Shown here: positions 8,587 to 17,267 of the stretch, piece after piece
Position numbering within the stretch: position 1 is the stretch's first letter
How the letters are laid out: each line of letters opens with the position of its first letter
From: Bdellovibrionota bacterium
GTDB taxonomy: Bacteria; Bdellovibrionota_C; UBA2361; JBGSMV01
Length of the DNA: 36,312 nt
Direction of reading: 5' to 3'
Assembly: GCA_044356455.1 (NCBI GenBank)
Contig: JBIKWF010000036.1
Span: forward strand, 1-36,312
Made by a program: the position numbers and the translations under genes
Notes under the pieces: model-generated
The model's database searches: none
Told to the model about the DNA's origin: nothing
What the model saw: the letters and a program-made list of their open reading frames with translations, nothing else

Positions 8587-10062
8587 ATGTATAATCCAAG
8601 ACTTCACTTTCATTTTACCGGCATCGGTGGTTCGGGCATGTCGGGGCTCGCTGAGATTCTTTTGAATCTTGGATTTAAAGTTTCAGGCTCCGACCTTAAG
8701 CCAAGCTCCGTCACGGCAAAACTGCAGACGCTTGGCGCAGTCATCGTGAAGGGGCACGCCGCACAGAACATCCCTGAGGGAGCCTCCCTACTGGTCTTCT
8801 CTTCCGCAGTGACCCAGAACAACCCCGAGCTCGTAGAGGCGCGCATACGGGGGATCCCCGTGGTGCGCAGGGCAGAGGTTCTTGCTGAGCTCATGCGCCT
8901 AAAATTCGGTGTCGCGGTAGGTGGCTCACATGGGAAGACGACCACGACAAGCATGACAGCGGCAATTCTTGAGCATGGTGGACTCGATCCCACGGTTATT
9001 ATCGGTGGGCAAGTGAAGGCTTCCGATTCAGGAAGCAGACTCGGGAAAAGTGATTTTCTTGTCGCGGAGACTGATGAGAGCGATAGAAGCTTTCTTCTCT
9101 TGAAGCCGACAATTGCCGTCGTGACCAACATCGATGCTGAGCATTTGAGTGCGTATAAGTCACTTGCAGAACTTGAGGAGTCTTTTGAGGCCTTTGTGCG
9201 CGCCGTGCCTTTTTACGGACTTGCAGTGCTTTGCGTCGATGACAGGCGCGTGCGAGATCTGGCTTCGCGCTACGCCTTGCGCAAAGTTACTTACGGGTTT
9301 TCTCCGGATGCCGATTTGCAGCCAGTGATTCTCTCGCAGGAGCCCGGTAAAACGACATATGAAGTGTATCGAAAGGGAGAGAAGCTACTGACGGTGACGC
9401 TTCCTATGCCCGGCCGGCACCTTGTTCTCAATTCACTCGCAGCGATTGCAGTGGGATTGGAGTTCGAAATCTCGCCGGTTAAAATTGCCGAAGCGCTGGC
9501 CTCCTTCTCGGGGGTCAAGCGACGTCTCGAGGTAGTGGGCGAGGTTCAAGGCGTTACGGTGATGAACGATTATGGGCATCATCCCACCGAAGTTCGCGCC
9601 ACATTGCGCGCCATTCGAGAAGGGTGGGGGACAAATCTCAATAGACTGCATGTGGTTTTTCAGCCGCATCGCTATACGCGCACGAGGGAATGTTTTGTTG
9701 AGTTCCTTGAGGCGTTTCAGGATGCCGACACGCTCTATATGAGTGAGATCTATGCCGCGAGCGAGGAGCCGCTTGAGGGGGTTTCGGGCCGCAGTCTTTG
9801 TGAGGCGCTTGTTCATCCAGATAAGGAATTTATTGGCGATCTTGAAGGCGTCGCAGATCGCGTAGTTCCTGAGCTTCGTGCCGGGGACATCGTTCTCTGT
9901 TTGGGGGCGGGGTCGATAGGTCAGGTTCCCGAGCAAATGTTAGAAGTCCTTTCAAAGCATGGAGTAGCCCAAGGGCCAAGGCTTCGAAGTTCAGCGGGGG
10001 GAAGCCGCGAAAGTGAGAGCGCAGCGCCCGCAGTGGGGACGGGAGCTAGGATCCTTCATTAG
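8587..10062 (+). CDS. murC: UDP-N-acetylmuramate--L-alanine ligase
   Basis: HFTGIGGSGMSGLA, GSHGKTTTT, ETDESDRSF, DYGHHPTE, FQPHRYTRT; about 30 aa low-complexity C-terminal extension. Confidence 0.97.
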   Translation: MYNPRLHFHFTGIGGSGMSGLAEILLNLGFKVSGSDLKPSSVTAKLQTLGAVIVKGHAAQNIPEGASLLVFSSAVTQNNPELVEARIRGIPVVRRAEVLAELMRLKFGVAVGGSHGKTTTTSMTAAILEHGGLDPTVIIGGQVKASDSGSRLGKSDFLVAETDESDRSFLLLKPTIAVVTNIDAEHLSAYKSLAELEESFEAFVRAVPFYGLAVLCVDDRRVRDLASRYALRKVTYGFSPDADLQPVILSQEPGKTTYEVYRKGEKLLTVTLPMPGRHLVLNSLAAIAVGLEFEISPVKIAEALASFSGVKRRLEVVGEVQGVTVMNDYGHHPTEVRATLRAIREGWGTNLNRLHVVFQPHRYTRTRECFVEFLEAFQDADTLYMSEIYAASEEPLEGVSGRSLCEALVHPDKEFIGDLEGVADRVVPELRAGDIVLCLGAGSIGQVPEQMLEVLSKHGVAQGPRLRSSAGGSRESESAAPAVGTGARILH

Positions 10063-10098
10063 AAGGTCGGACTGTCCCCGTTCGGGATCGGAGTTTTT

Positions 10099-11019
10099 GT
10101 GCACTCGAGCCTTAAAACCTTTTCTACGTCTCTTCTTTCCTCGGTCCCGCGCCTTGTCGTGCGAACCGAAATCACAGGCGCCTCGTGTACTACCTATGCT
10201 ATTGGGGGTCCTTTAGAGGCTTTTGTCGACGTTCCGGATCGTGAATCGCTCAGTGCGATTTTGGCTGTGCTCTCAAAAGAAGGGCTTCCCTACCGCGTTC
10301 TTGGTGCAGGGAGTAATGTGCTCATCTCCTCTCGTGGGCTCTCCGGCCTGACCCTGCGTTTAGGGCGCGGCTTTCGATATCAGATTAAAGATGGGGAAAA
10401 GAAACTTCGCGTTGGTGCATCGACGTCACTTATGTCGCTTTCACGAGAAGTTTCCGAGCAGGGCCTTTCGGGACTTGAGTTTGCAGGTGGAATTCCTGCT
10501 TCTCTTGGCGGCGCCGTAGTAATGAATGCAGGCGCCCATGGGGGGCAACTTGCAGATGTCCTCACCAGTGTGCAGGTAGTTCTTCCGGATGGAGCAACGG
10601 AGGTTCTTGGGGCAGAGGACTTAGAGCTCTCCTACCGGCATAGCAAGCTCCCACCGGGCGCCGTCGTAACTGAAGTTGAGCTTTCGCTCGCGGCGGGAGA
10701 CCCGCAAAAAATTGCAGAGAGAAGGCAGCACTTTTTGGCAGAGCGTAAGCTGCGCCAGCCGCTGCAGAGCCCCTCGGGTGGCTCGGTTTTTCGAAATCCA
10801 AGTCCGGAGACTTCAGCTGGCAGTCTGATTGAGCAGGCGGGGCTCAAGGGAAGAGAGCTGGGCGGCGCCCGAGTTTCTGAATTGCATGCGAATTGGATAG
10901 TGAATGAATCCCGCAAAGCGACTGATGAGGATGTGCGGGGGCTTATTGCTCTTTGCCAAGCAGAAGTGCGCTCACGGTTCGGTGTTGAGCTTAGGCCGGA
11001 GCTTGTTGTCTGGGGCTAG
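10099..11019 (+). CDS. murB: UDP-N-acetylenolpyruvoylglucosamine reductase
   Basis: TYAIGG, LGAGSNVL, GLEFAGGIPASLGGAVVMNAGA, QPLQSPSGGSVFRNP, HANWIVN. Confidence 0.96.
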   Translation: MHSSLKTFSTSLLSSVPRLVVRTEITGASCTTYAIGGPLEAFVDVPDRESLSAILAVLSKEGLPYRVLGAGSNVLISSRGLSGLTLRLGRGFRYQIKDGEKKLRVGASTSLMSLSREVSEQGLSGLEFAGGIPASLGGAVVMNAGAHGGQLADVLTSVQVVLPDGATEVLGAEDLELSYRHSKLPPGAVVTEVELSLAAGDPQKIAERRQHFLAERKLRQPLQSPSGGSVFRNPSPETSAGSLIEQAGLKGRELGGARVSELHANWIVNESRKATDEDVRGLIALCQAEVRSRFGVELRPELVVWG

Positions 11020-11099
11020 CAATTTTTGTACCCAGGCATACATCGAACCTATTCTTAGCGCTTGGAAGTCTCGTGAGGTTCTCCTTTTGACCGAGGTAA

Positions 11100-11317
11100 G
11101 AATTTTTGGACCACAAAGGACGCTAAGGACGCAAAGGTATAAATCCTGCTGAAGTTTCTAATATCGAGATTGATGCCAATATAGAGGGTGCAAACGGCTC
11201 TGGGAGGGATGACTGGAGTAAGAATATAAAGTCCGCCCACCTCAAAGACAGCATCGCCAGAGTCCTCAATTCCTAATCCCCTTTGCGTCCTTAGCGTCCT
11301 TTGTGGTCCAAAAATTC
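11100..11317. repeat. Perfect 38-bp inverted repeat with 142-bp spacer
   Basis: GAATTTTTGGACCACAAAGGACGCTAAGGACGCAAAGG (11100-11137) is the exact reverse complement of 11280-11317. Confidence 0.97.
11139..11276 (+). pseudogene. Internally deleted GxxExxY-family protein remnant
   Basis: Reading across frameshifts: NPAEVSNIEIDANIE / VQTALG / G*LE*EY (GGA TGA CTG GAG TAA GAA TAT, 11207-11227) / SAHLKDSIARVLNS*. These resemble the GxxExxY N-terminus (..IIDAAIEVHxxLGPGLLExxY) and C-terminus (LKDGIxRIVN). Confidence 0.7.
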
Positions 11318-11524
11318 CCCGCAAGTAGTCGCCCAGAATCACGCAAAAGTGGCCTATCTACCTGGGACTATTTGCGCTTCGAATGAGAAGCATCAGCTCC
11401 ACTGGAGGGAGTATTCCCATTACGCCAAGTCCTTGGCGAGGATTCATCGGCAAAGTTCTCGTATCCGGTTTCCCCTCTTCAGTCTCTTTCGGCCTAGCCC
11501 CTTGGCTTGCTAGTATTGGGGGCT

Positions 11525-12460
11525 ATGCGCTTTCTTCTTACGCTCTTTTGCACGCTGGTAACTCTTACCTTGCTCGCCCTCGACCAGCCGGAGAGCACCA
11601 AAGCCTTTGCCGCGCGTGTGAGTCAGTCGCTCGATAGTTTCTGGCGGGGCAAGGAGATCTGGGTCTCAGGGACTTCTGTTGTCGCGCGAAAAGATATTGA
11701 TGCGCTGCTTCCCAATGATGAAAGTGTGCTTTCCTGGCTGCTGAGCGCGGATAAAATTGAAGCAAGTTTGCGCTCTAATCCACTTATCGCGAACGCCTCC
11801 GTTGAGCGCTGCCCTGGAAAATGGTGGGGCTGCTTCTCGATTTCAATTGAAGAGCGTGAGCCAGCTTTTCTTTTATTAGTGGGGAGCAAGGGCTGGCTGG
11901 TTGGAGGGGACGGAGGGATACTGACCCCACTGCCTCAGCAGCGCTGCCAGTCAATCCTTCGGGGCGAATCCCCGCCTGAATTTATGGGGAAGTTGGTGCC
12001 TGTCGTGGAGGGGGCGGCCTATGAGGAGGAGTCCCCTGATTTGGTTAAGGCGCGTCTTGGAGTGGCGAAGCGGGCCATTGATATCCTTGCTCAGGAACTA
12101 AAGACGGCCGCTCTTTCTAGTTCTCTTTCTGTTCTGGGGGCTTCCAAGGAGGCGCCTGGGGCGGCTCCTGCAGTTGGCGCGCGGCCTTTTGAGGTCGAGC
12201 GCTTAAGCTTTCGCCAAAAGTACGATATGAGAGTAAGGTTTCGCGACTGGCCGTTTGTCGTAACCTTTGGACTACCCCAGAGTGAAAATTGGGAGTCGGG
12301 ACTTAGGGACCAGTGTGCGAGGCTGGGACGATTGCTCGAAGAGTTAGGGGCTTCGGCTCTCCAAGCGAAAGAAATCGATCTCGCCTTTGATTCAGTCGCC
12401 GTGGTGAGGCCCTCGCTTCTTGCTAAGGAGGATTCTTTGCCCATAAAGGCTGAATCCTAG
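11525..12460 (+). CDS. ftsQ: Cell division protein FtsQ/DivIB (divergent)
   Basis: N-terminal TM, POTRA-like IWVSGTSVV...IEASLRSNPLIANASVER, ISIEEREP, C-terminal EIDLAFDSVAVVRP; directly upstream of ftsA. Confidence 0.82.
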   Translation: MRFLLTLFCTLVTLTLLALDQPESTKAFAARVSQSLDSFWRGKEIWVSGTSVVARKDIDALLPNDESVLSWLLSADKIEASLRSNPLIANASVERCPGKWWGCFSISIEEREPAFLLLVGSKGWLVGGDGGILTPLPQQRCQSILRGESPPEFMGKLVPVVEGAAYEEESPDLVKARLGVAKRAIDILAQELKTAALSSSLSVLGASKEAPGAAPAVGARPFEVERLSFRQKYDMRVRFRDWPFVVTFGLPQSENWESGLRDQCARLGRLLEELGASALQAKEIDLAFDSVAVVRPSLLAKEDSLPIKAES

Positions 12461-12667
12461 CCTCTCTGAGGCGGAGCCCCTGCTGGCCCTTGGAGGGGGA
12501 GTCCAAGGAAGGTAGCCGGCAAAGCAACATCCTCGCCTAATTTTCATTCCTTTTTTGTTAGCAAGAGAGGTGCCAATAGGCCCAATTTTTAAGCTCCCCC
12601 AAATTGCTTTAAGAAGGTTAACGAAATAGCTTGCCCCGTACCACAAACTACGTTTACAAATCTCACA

Positions 12668-14101
12668 ATGGCTCCAAAACCTAACGTCATAGTCGGTCTC
12701 GATATCGGAACTCAGTCCACAAAAGTGGTGGTAGCTGAGGTGTTTCCAGATGCTAAAGTGAATGTCCTTGGCGTTGGCACAAGCCCGTCGCGCGGGCTTC
12801 GCAAGGGCGTGGTTATCAACATCGAGGCAACAGTCGAAGCAATATCGAAGGCGATCTCCCAGGCCGAGACCATGGCCGGGTGTCAAATTAGCTCCGTGTT
12901 CGCCTCAATTTCTGGTAGCCATATCGCTGGCTTTAATAGCCACGGTATTGTGGGCGTGAAGAGCAAAGAGGTAAGCCATCTCGATGTAGAGAAGGTGATT
13001 GAAGCTGCGAAAGCCGTTGCAATTCCCCTCGATCGCGAAATTCTTCATGTCCTGCCTCAGGAATTTATTATCGATGAGCAGGATGGGATAAAGGACCCCA
13101 TTGGCATATCCGGCGTGCGCCTTGAGGCGCGGGTCCATATTGTAACGGGAGCCGTTGCGAGTGCCCAGAATATTGTAAAGTGCGCAAACCGCTGCGGGCT
13201 CACGGTTCGCGATATTGTGCTTTCTTCGGTCGCTGCGGGACGGGCGGTGTTATCCCCTGAAGAGCAGGAGCTAGGGGTTTGCCTTATAGATATCGGCGGT
13301 GGCACTACCGATCTGATTGTTTTCCACGCAGGCGCAGTCAAACATACCTCTGTAATTTCCGTCGGCGGGAACCACATTACCAATGATATTGCGGCAGGAC
13401 TTAGGACTCCCATTGCAGCCGCAGAGGAAATTAAGTGCCGTTACGGCGCTGCTTCAGGGACGTCTCCCGCGCCTCTTTTGGAGACCAAGGGGGCTCAGGT
13501 TGGCGGTGCCTATGGAGCTAGTGGCGCGAAGGCCGGCGGGCATCATATCTCCTCGCTAAGTGTCTCTGGGCAGGCGCTCTCCTCGGGTGCTGAGTCGGGG
13601 TCGGGATTCTCCCTGTCGGGTTCGGGCGCTCTCGGTGGTGCTCTCGGCGGCGGACTAGTGGGGGGCGGCAGCGCGCACCGGGACGAGACCATTGAGGTTC
13701 CATCAACGGGAGGCCGTTCTTCCAGGGTGCTTTCTAAGCTCGTGCTTTCAGAAATCGTTGAGCCTAGAATTAATGAAATCTTGCACCTCGCGCAGCGTGA
13801 ACTCATAAAGTCAGGTTGCTATGACCTTCTTACGAGCGGGCTCGTTCTCACTGGTGGCAGTGCAAGCCTCTCTGGACTTGCGCCTATGGCTGAGCAGGTC
13901 TTTAACCTTCCCGTACGCCTGGGTTACCCGACCGGAGTTGGAGGTCTTACGGACCTTGTGAAGTCACCAGAATATGCCTCCGCCGTTGGGCTTGTGATGT
14001 ACGGCATGGAGCATGCAGGGCGTCTGGGCTCATCATCAGAGGCTTCAGTCGTGCGCCGCGTTGCTCGTAAGGTAGGGAACTGGTTCTCTGACCATTTCTA
14101 G
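12668..14101 (+). CDS. ftsA: Cell division protein FtsA (with long Gly/Ser insertion)
   Basis: GLDIGT, GLRKGVVINIE, IDIGGGTTD, GGNHITNDIA, VLTGGSA, C-terminal amphipathic helix VRRVARKVGNWFSDHF. Confidence 0.97.
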   Translation: MAPKPNVIVGLDIGTQSTKVVVAEVFPDAKVNVLGVGTSPSRGLRKGVVINIEATVEAISKAISQAETMAGCQISSVFASISGSHIAGFNSHGIVGVKSKEVSHLDVEKVIEAAKAVAIPLDREILHVLPQEFIIDEQDGIKDPIGISGVRLEARVHIVTGAVASAQNIVKCANRCGLTVRDIVLSSVAAGRAVLSPEEQELGVCLIDIGGGTTDLIVFHAGAVKHTSVISVGGNHITNDIAAGLRTPIAAAEEIKCRYGAASGTSPAPLLETKGAQVGGAYGASGAKAGGHHISSLSVSGQALSSGAESGSGFSLSGSGALGGALGGGLVGGGSAHRDETIEVPSTGGRSSRVLSKLVLSEIVEPRINEILHLAQRELIKSGCYDLLTSGLVLTGGSASLSGLAPMAEQVFNLPVRLGYPTGVGGLTDLVKSPEYASAVGLVMYGMEHAGRLGSSSEASVVRRVARKVGNWFSDHF

Positions 14102-14560
14102 GGATTCTAGGGAACTGCCTCCTAGTGAGCAGTCGACTAGGGAATAGCCGGAAATCCCCTCTGCCCGCGCATGCGGTTTGCCCCCTCAGGATCTTTCGCC
14201 AAGCCCTTGGAAATCGCCCCAGGAAGTAGCGCCGGGTAAAATGGGGGTTGCTCCATTTTTGCGCTCTATCCTTGGTTATGGTTAGGTCATTTGCCTCGTC
14301 TGAAAGAGAGGTTTTGCGTGGCATGCGGGCGAACCGCCTGGCAGTTTTTCGCGAGACTTTCAAGCTTTTTCTTCAATGAGAGAAAGAGCTGGACTTTAGA
14401 TTCGCGAGTCGCTAGTTTAAGCAGCCTAAAGTTATAAGTTGGCGAATTTTGGAGAGCAAAACTTGCGTTCAAGTTGTTTGCTTTCGTAAAAATTCGGGCA
14501 TAATCTCGCGCGAGGTTTGGATTGATTCTCGGTGAGGCGTTAGCAGACGCAACAAATTGT

Positions 14561-14640
14561 TTTAGAGATGCGTGCTTTTTGAGATGCGTGCCATTTGAGA
14601 AGTGCGCGGTTCGAGAAGAGTGCTGATCGAGAAGAACGTG
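14561..14640. repeat. Five degenerate 16-bp tandem repeats upstream of ftsZ
   Basis: GAGA core at exactly 14565, 14581, 14597, 14613 and 14629; units TTTAGAGATGCGTGCT, TTTTGAGATGCGTGCC, ATTTGAGAAGTGCGCG, GTTCGAGAAGAGTGCT, GATCGAGAAGAACGTG. Confidence 0.8.
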
Positions 14641-14716
14641 TGGCAAATTCGGAAACGAAGGTTGGCTATAACGAGAGATGGGAGCCGCTAGGGATGGTAG
14701 CAGGTCCACTCGCCAT

Positions 14717-14765
14717 AAATTGTGTGCAATAAATTTTGTACAGAAAAATTTTGTGCAGAAAATTT
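14717..14765. repeat. Three AT-rich 14-15-bp tandem repeats upstream of the ftsZ RBS
   Basis: AAATTGTGTGCAAT, AAATTTTGTACAGAA, AAATTTTGTGCAGAA. Confidence 0.85.
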
Positions 14766-14795
14766 CAGTGTTAGTTTCGGAGTAGGGGAGCGACG

Positions 14796-16061
14796 ATGAA
14801 CGACAATAATAAAAATGACAAACCAATCAATCCTGAAGCAGTTGCCGCCAAGAAGGCAATGATGATTGCGCCGGAGTACCGGGCAAACATCAAGGTGTTT
14901 GGTATTGGTGGCGCGGGCCTTAACGCCGTCAACAACATGATTCGTAGTGGCCTTGAAGGTGTCGACTTCTTCGCCGCGAACACTGATGCGCAGGCTCTTG
15001 CCTCTGCGCTTGCTCCGAACAAACTTCGTCTTGGTGATGAAATCACTAAGGGTCTTGGTGCTGGTGCCGATCCGGAGATTGGTCAGGCTGCTGCGCGCGA
15101 AAGTATCGAGACTGTGCGCAACGCTCTCCAAGGCGCCGACATGGTGTTCATCACTGCCGGAATGGGCGGTGGAACGGGAACCCTTGGGTCCTCAGTGGTT
15201 GCTGAAGTAGCGAAGGAACTAGGCTGCCTCACCGTTGGTGTGGTTACTAAGCCGTTCCTTTTTGAAGGCAAGCGCCGCATGCGTAATGCGGAGCGAGGAA
15301 TCGAAGAGCTCAAGCGTACTGTTGATACTCTCATTACGATTCCTAATCAGCGCTTGCTCTCTATCGCCGGGCGTAACACGTCTCTGCTTGAGACGTTCCG
15401 CCGCGCCGATGACATACTCTTCCAGGCCGTTAAGGGCATAAGCGATCTCATCATTTATGAAGGTCTCGTAAACGTAGACTTTGCTGACGTGCGCGCCGTT
15501 ATGTCCGAGATGGGCATGGCGATGATGGGTACGGGAGAAGCAAGTGGCGAGAACCGCGCAATCGAAGCGGCCGAGAAAGCTATCTCAAGCCCGCTCCTTG
15601 AGGATATCTCAATTCACGGCGCGCGTGGTGTGCTCATCAACGTTACGGCTTCGTCCGATGTTACCTTGCAAGAGGTTAACGAGGCTGCTGAGCTTGTGCA
15701 TGCAGAAGCTCACGAAGATGCGAACATTATTTGGGGAATGGTCATTGATCCGACCATGTCTGACCGTGTTCGTGTTACCGTTATCGCCACCGGCTTTGGT
15801 GAGAATAAGGAAGATGCCAACACGGTATCTGTCTCGCCGGTTTCTGCGGGCGCCCCCCAAGTCGGGCTTTCTGCAGGAGCGCTCGGAAAGACGGGGTCCG
15901 CTTCAAAGGAAGCCGAGAAACTCGAGATTCCTACTTTCGCTCGTAAGAACAAGGACAGCGGGGCCGAGGTTATTAAGCTCAAGAAACTCTCCGTTCTTTC
16001 AAGCTCGGAAGACGAAGAGAAGTACGAGATTCCAACCTTCTTGCGCAAGCAAGTAGATTAA
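14796..16061 (+). CDS. ftsZ: Cell division protein FtsZ
   Basis: [17 protein letters not shown], tubulin signature [24 protein letters not shown]-terminal [18 protein letters not shown]. Confidence 0.99.
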   Translation: MNDNNKNDKPINPEAVAAKKAMMIAPEYRANIKVFGIGGAGLNAVNNMIRSGLEGVDFFAANTDAQALASALAPNKLRLGDEITKGLGAGADPEIGQAAARESIETVRNALQGADMVFITAGMGGGTGTLGSSVVAEVAKELGCLTVGVVTKPFLFEGKRRMRNAERGIEELKRTVDTLITIPNQRLLSIAGRNTSLLETFRRADDILFQAVKGISDLIIYEGLVNVDFADVRAVMSEMGMAMMGTGEASGENRAIEAAEKAISSPLLEDISIHGARGVLINVTASSDVTLQEVNEAAELVHAEAHEDANIIWGMVIDPTMSDRVRVTVIATGFGENKEDANTVSVSPVSAGAPQVGLSAGALGKTGSASKEAEKLEIPTFARKNKDSGAEVIKLKKLSVLSSSEDEEKYEIPTFLRKQVD

Positions 16062-16129
16062 ATGCGAGATCTTGAGCGATGGGGAATATGCCTTTGCTTG
16101 GGGCCCCTATTGTGAAGAGATACAGAATA

Positions 16130-16174
16130 CGACCCCCGTACCAAAGTAGATTTGGTACGGGGGTCGGTTTTTTT
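16130..16174 (+). terminator. Rho-independent terminator after ftsZ
   Basis: CGACCCCCGTACCAAA-GTAGA-TTTGGTACGGGGGTCG (16-bp perfect stem) followed by GTTTTTTT. Confidence 0.92.
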
Positions 16175-16235
16175 AGGGGCGCGTCTTAGGACGGTAACGG
16201 AGAAGCTCTTGGTGTTCCACAGTCCATCGAAGCGG

Positions 16236-17018
16236 ATGCATTTCCTTCTGACTAATGACGACAGTCACCGCTCTCCCTTGCTCTACTGGATTATCGATTT
16301 CCTCCGGAATCTCGGTGACCTCACTATTGTTCTTCCCGCCCATGAGCAAAGTTTTAAGGCAAAATCACTCAGTGCCTTTGGGCATCCTTTTCTAAGTGAA
16401 ATTGATTTGCATGGGCACCCAGCCTACACGTTAGAAGGAAGCCCAGCGGATTGCGTTAATATCGGAATCTACCACTTGTGCCCACGAAAGCCGGACCTTG
16501 TAGTTTCTGGCATCAATGCAGGCCTTAATGCGGGCGCTGCGTTTATGCTTTCTTCAGGAACTATCGGGGCATGCCTGGAAGGAAATATTGCGGGGGTTCC
16601 TGGTCTCGCCCTGTCACAAGCCTTTGATCGCGAGACCATGAAACATTACATCGCTGAGTATGCGCTCCCGGAAAGTGTAGTTCAGCATCTCTCCTCGCAA
16701 ACCCCGCGACTCTTGGCGAAAGTCTTGGGCCGAATGATCGAAAATCCGGAGCTTCTAAGAGGCGACACGACTTGGAATGTAAACTTTCCTTATTCTGCAA
16801 TAAGTGACGAGCTCGTGGCATGCTCGCTTGGGGACTCGCGCTACGGAAGCTGCTATCGCCGCGAAGGCGCATCCTTCTCTTTCGGCATAAAAGACGTGCG
16901 CGAAAGCGAAGATCCGAACTCTGATGCAAAGCTCTTGCTTGGCGGGCGTGTGACGGTTACCCCGATTCGGCCCTTTGAAGTTGGGCAGCTGAAAGAAGGC
17001 GATATTATGCGCTGGTAG
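16236..17018 (+). CDS. surE: 5'/3'-nucleotidase SurE family (divergent)
   Basis: MHFLLTNDD, GSPADCV, PDLVVSGINAGLN, SGTIGACLEG, WNVNFP, VTVTPI. Start placed at ATG 16236 because the longer ORF overlaps the terminator. Confidence 0.88.
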   Translation: MHFLLTNDDSHRSPLLYWIIDFLRNLGDLTIVLPAHEQSFKAKSLSAFGHPFLSEIDLHGHPAYTLEGSPADCVNIGIYHLCPRKPDLVVSGINAGLNAGAAFMLSSGTIGACLEGNIAGVPGLALSQAFDRETMKHYIAEYALPESVVQHLSSQTPRLLAKVLGRMIENPELLRGDTTWNVNFPYSAISDELVACSLGDSRYGSCYRREGASFSFGIKDVRESEDPNSDAKLLLGGRVTVTPIRPFEVGQLKEGDIMRW

Positions 17019-17267
17019 GATGCGCAGTCTAAAGCCTAGGATTGTGTCCTGTAGCCACCACAACTTGTAGTGGGAGAAATTTCCTAAGGGACAGCCTCCT
17101 AGCCTCGTTGCCAAGCCCTTGAAATTATAGGGGGGTGATTCCCAGTCCTCCTAATAAAATGATCCGCTAATTCTGCACATTTATGGCGCAGCTCTTTGAG
17201 TAGGCCGCAGGACTATGAGACTCTCTCTTGCCTCAATTTTTCGTTGGATTCGGGGGAGCCTTTCAGC

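Noticed and set aside
11055..11342. 95 aa minus-strand ORF and 82 aa plus-strand ORF sharing IFGPQRTLRTQR
   Set aside because: The shared peptide is just the translation of the two inverted-repeat arms.
13448..13681. Intein or intron in ftsA
   Set aside because: No intein terminal residues or splicing blocks; the insert is in-frame low-complexity sequence.
14102..14795. Possible replication origin (AT-rich triple repeat resembling a DUE)
   Set aside because: No DnaA-box cluster is visible here, and the context is ftsA-ftsZ.
14287..14826. 179 aa minus-strand ORF in the ftsA-ftsZ spacer
   Set aside because: Atypical composition, overlaps the ftsZ start, and largely translates the tandem repeats.
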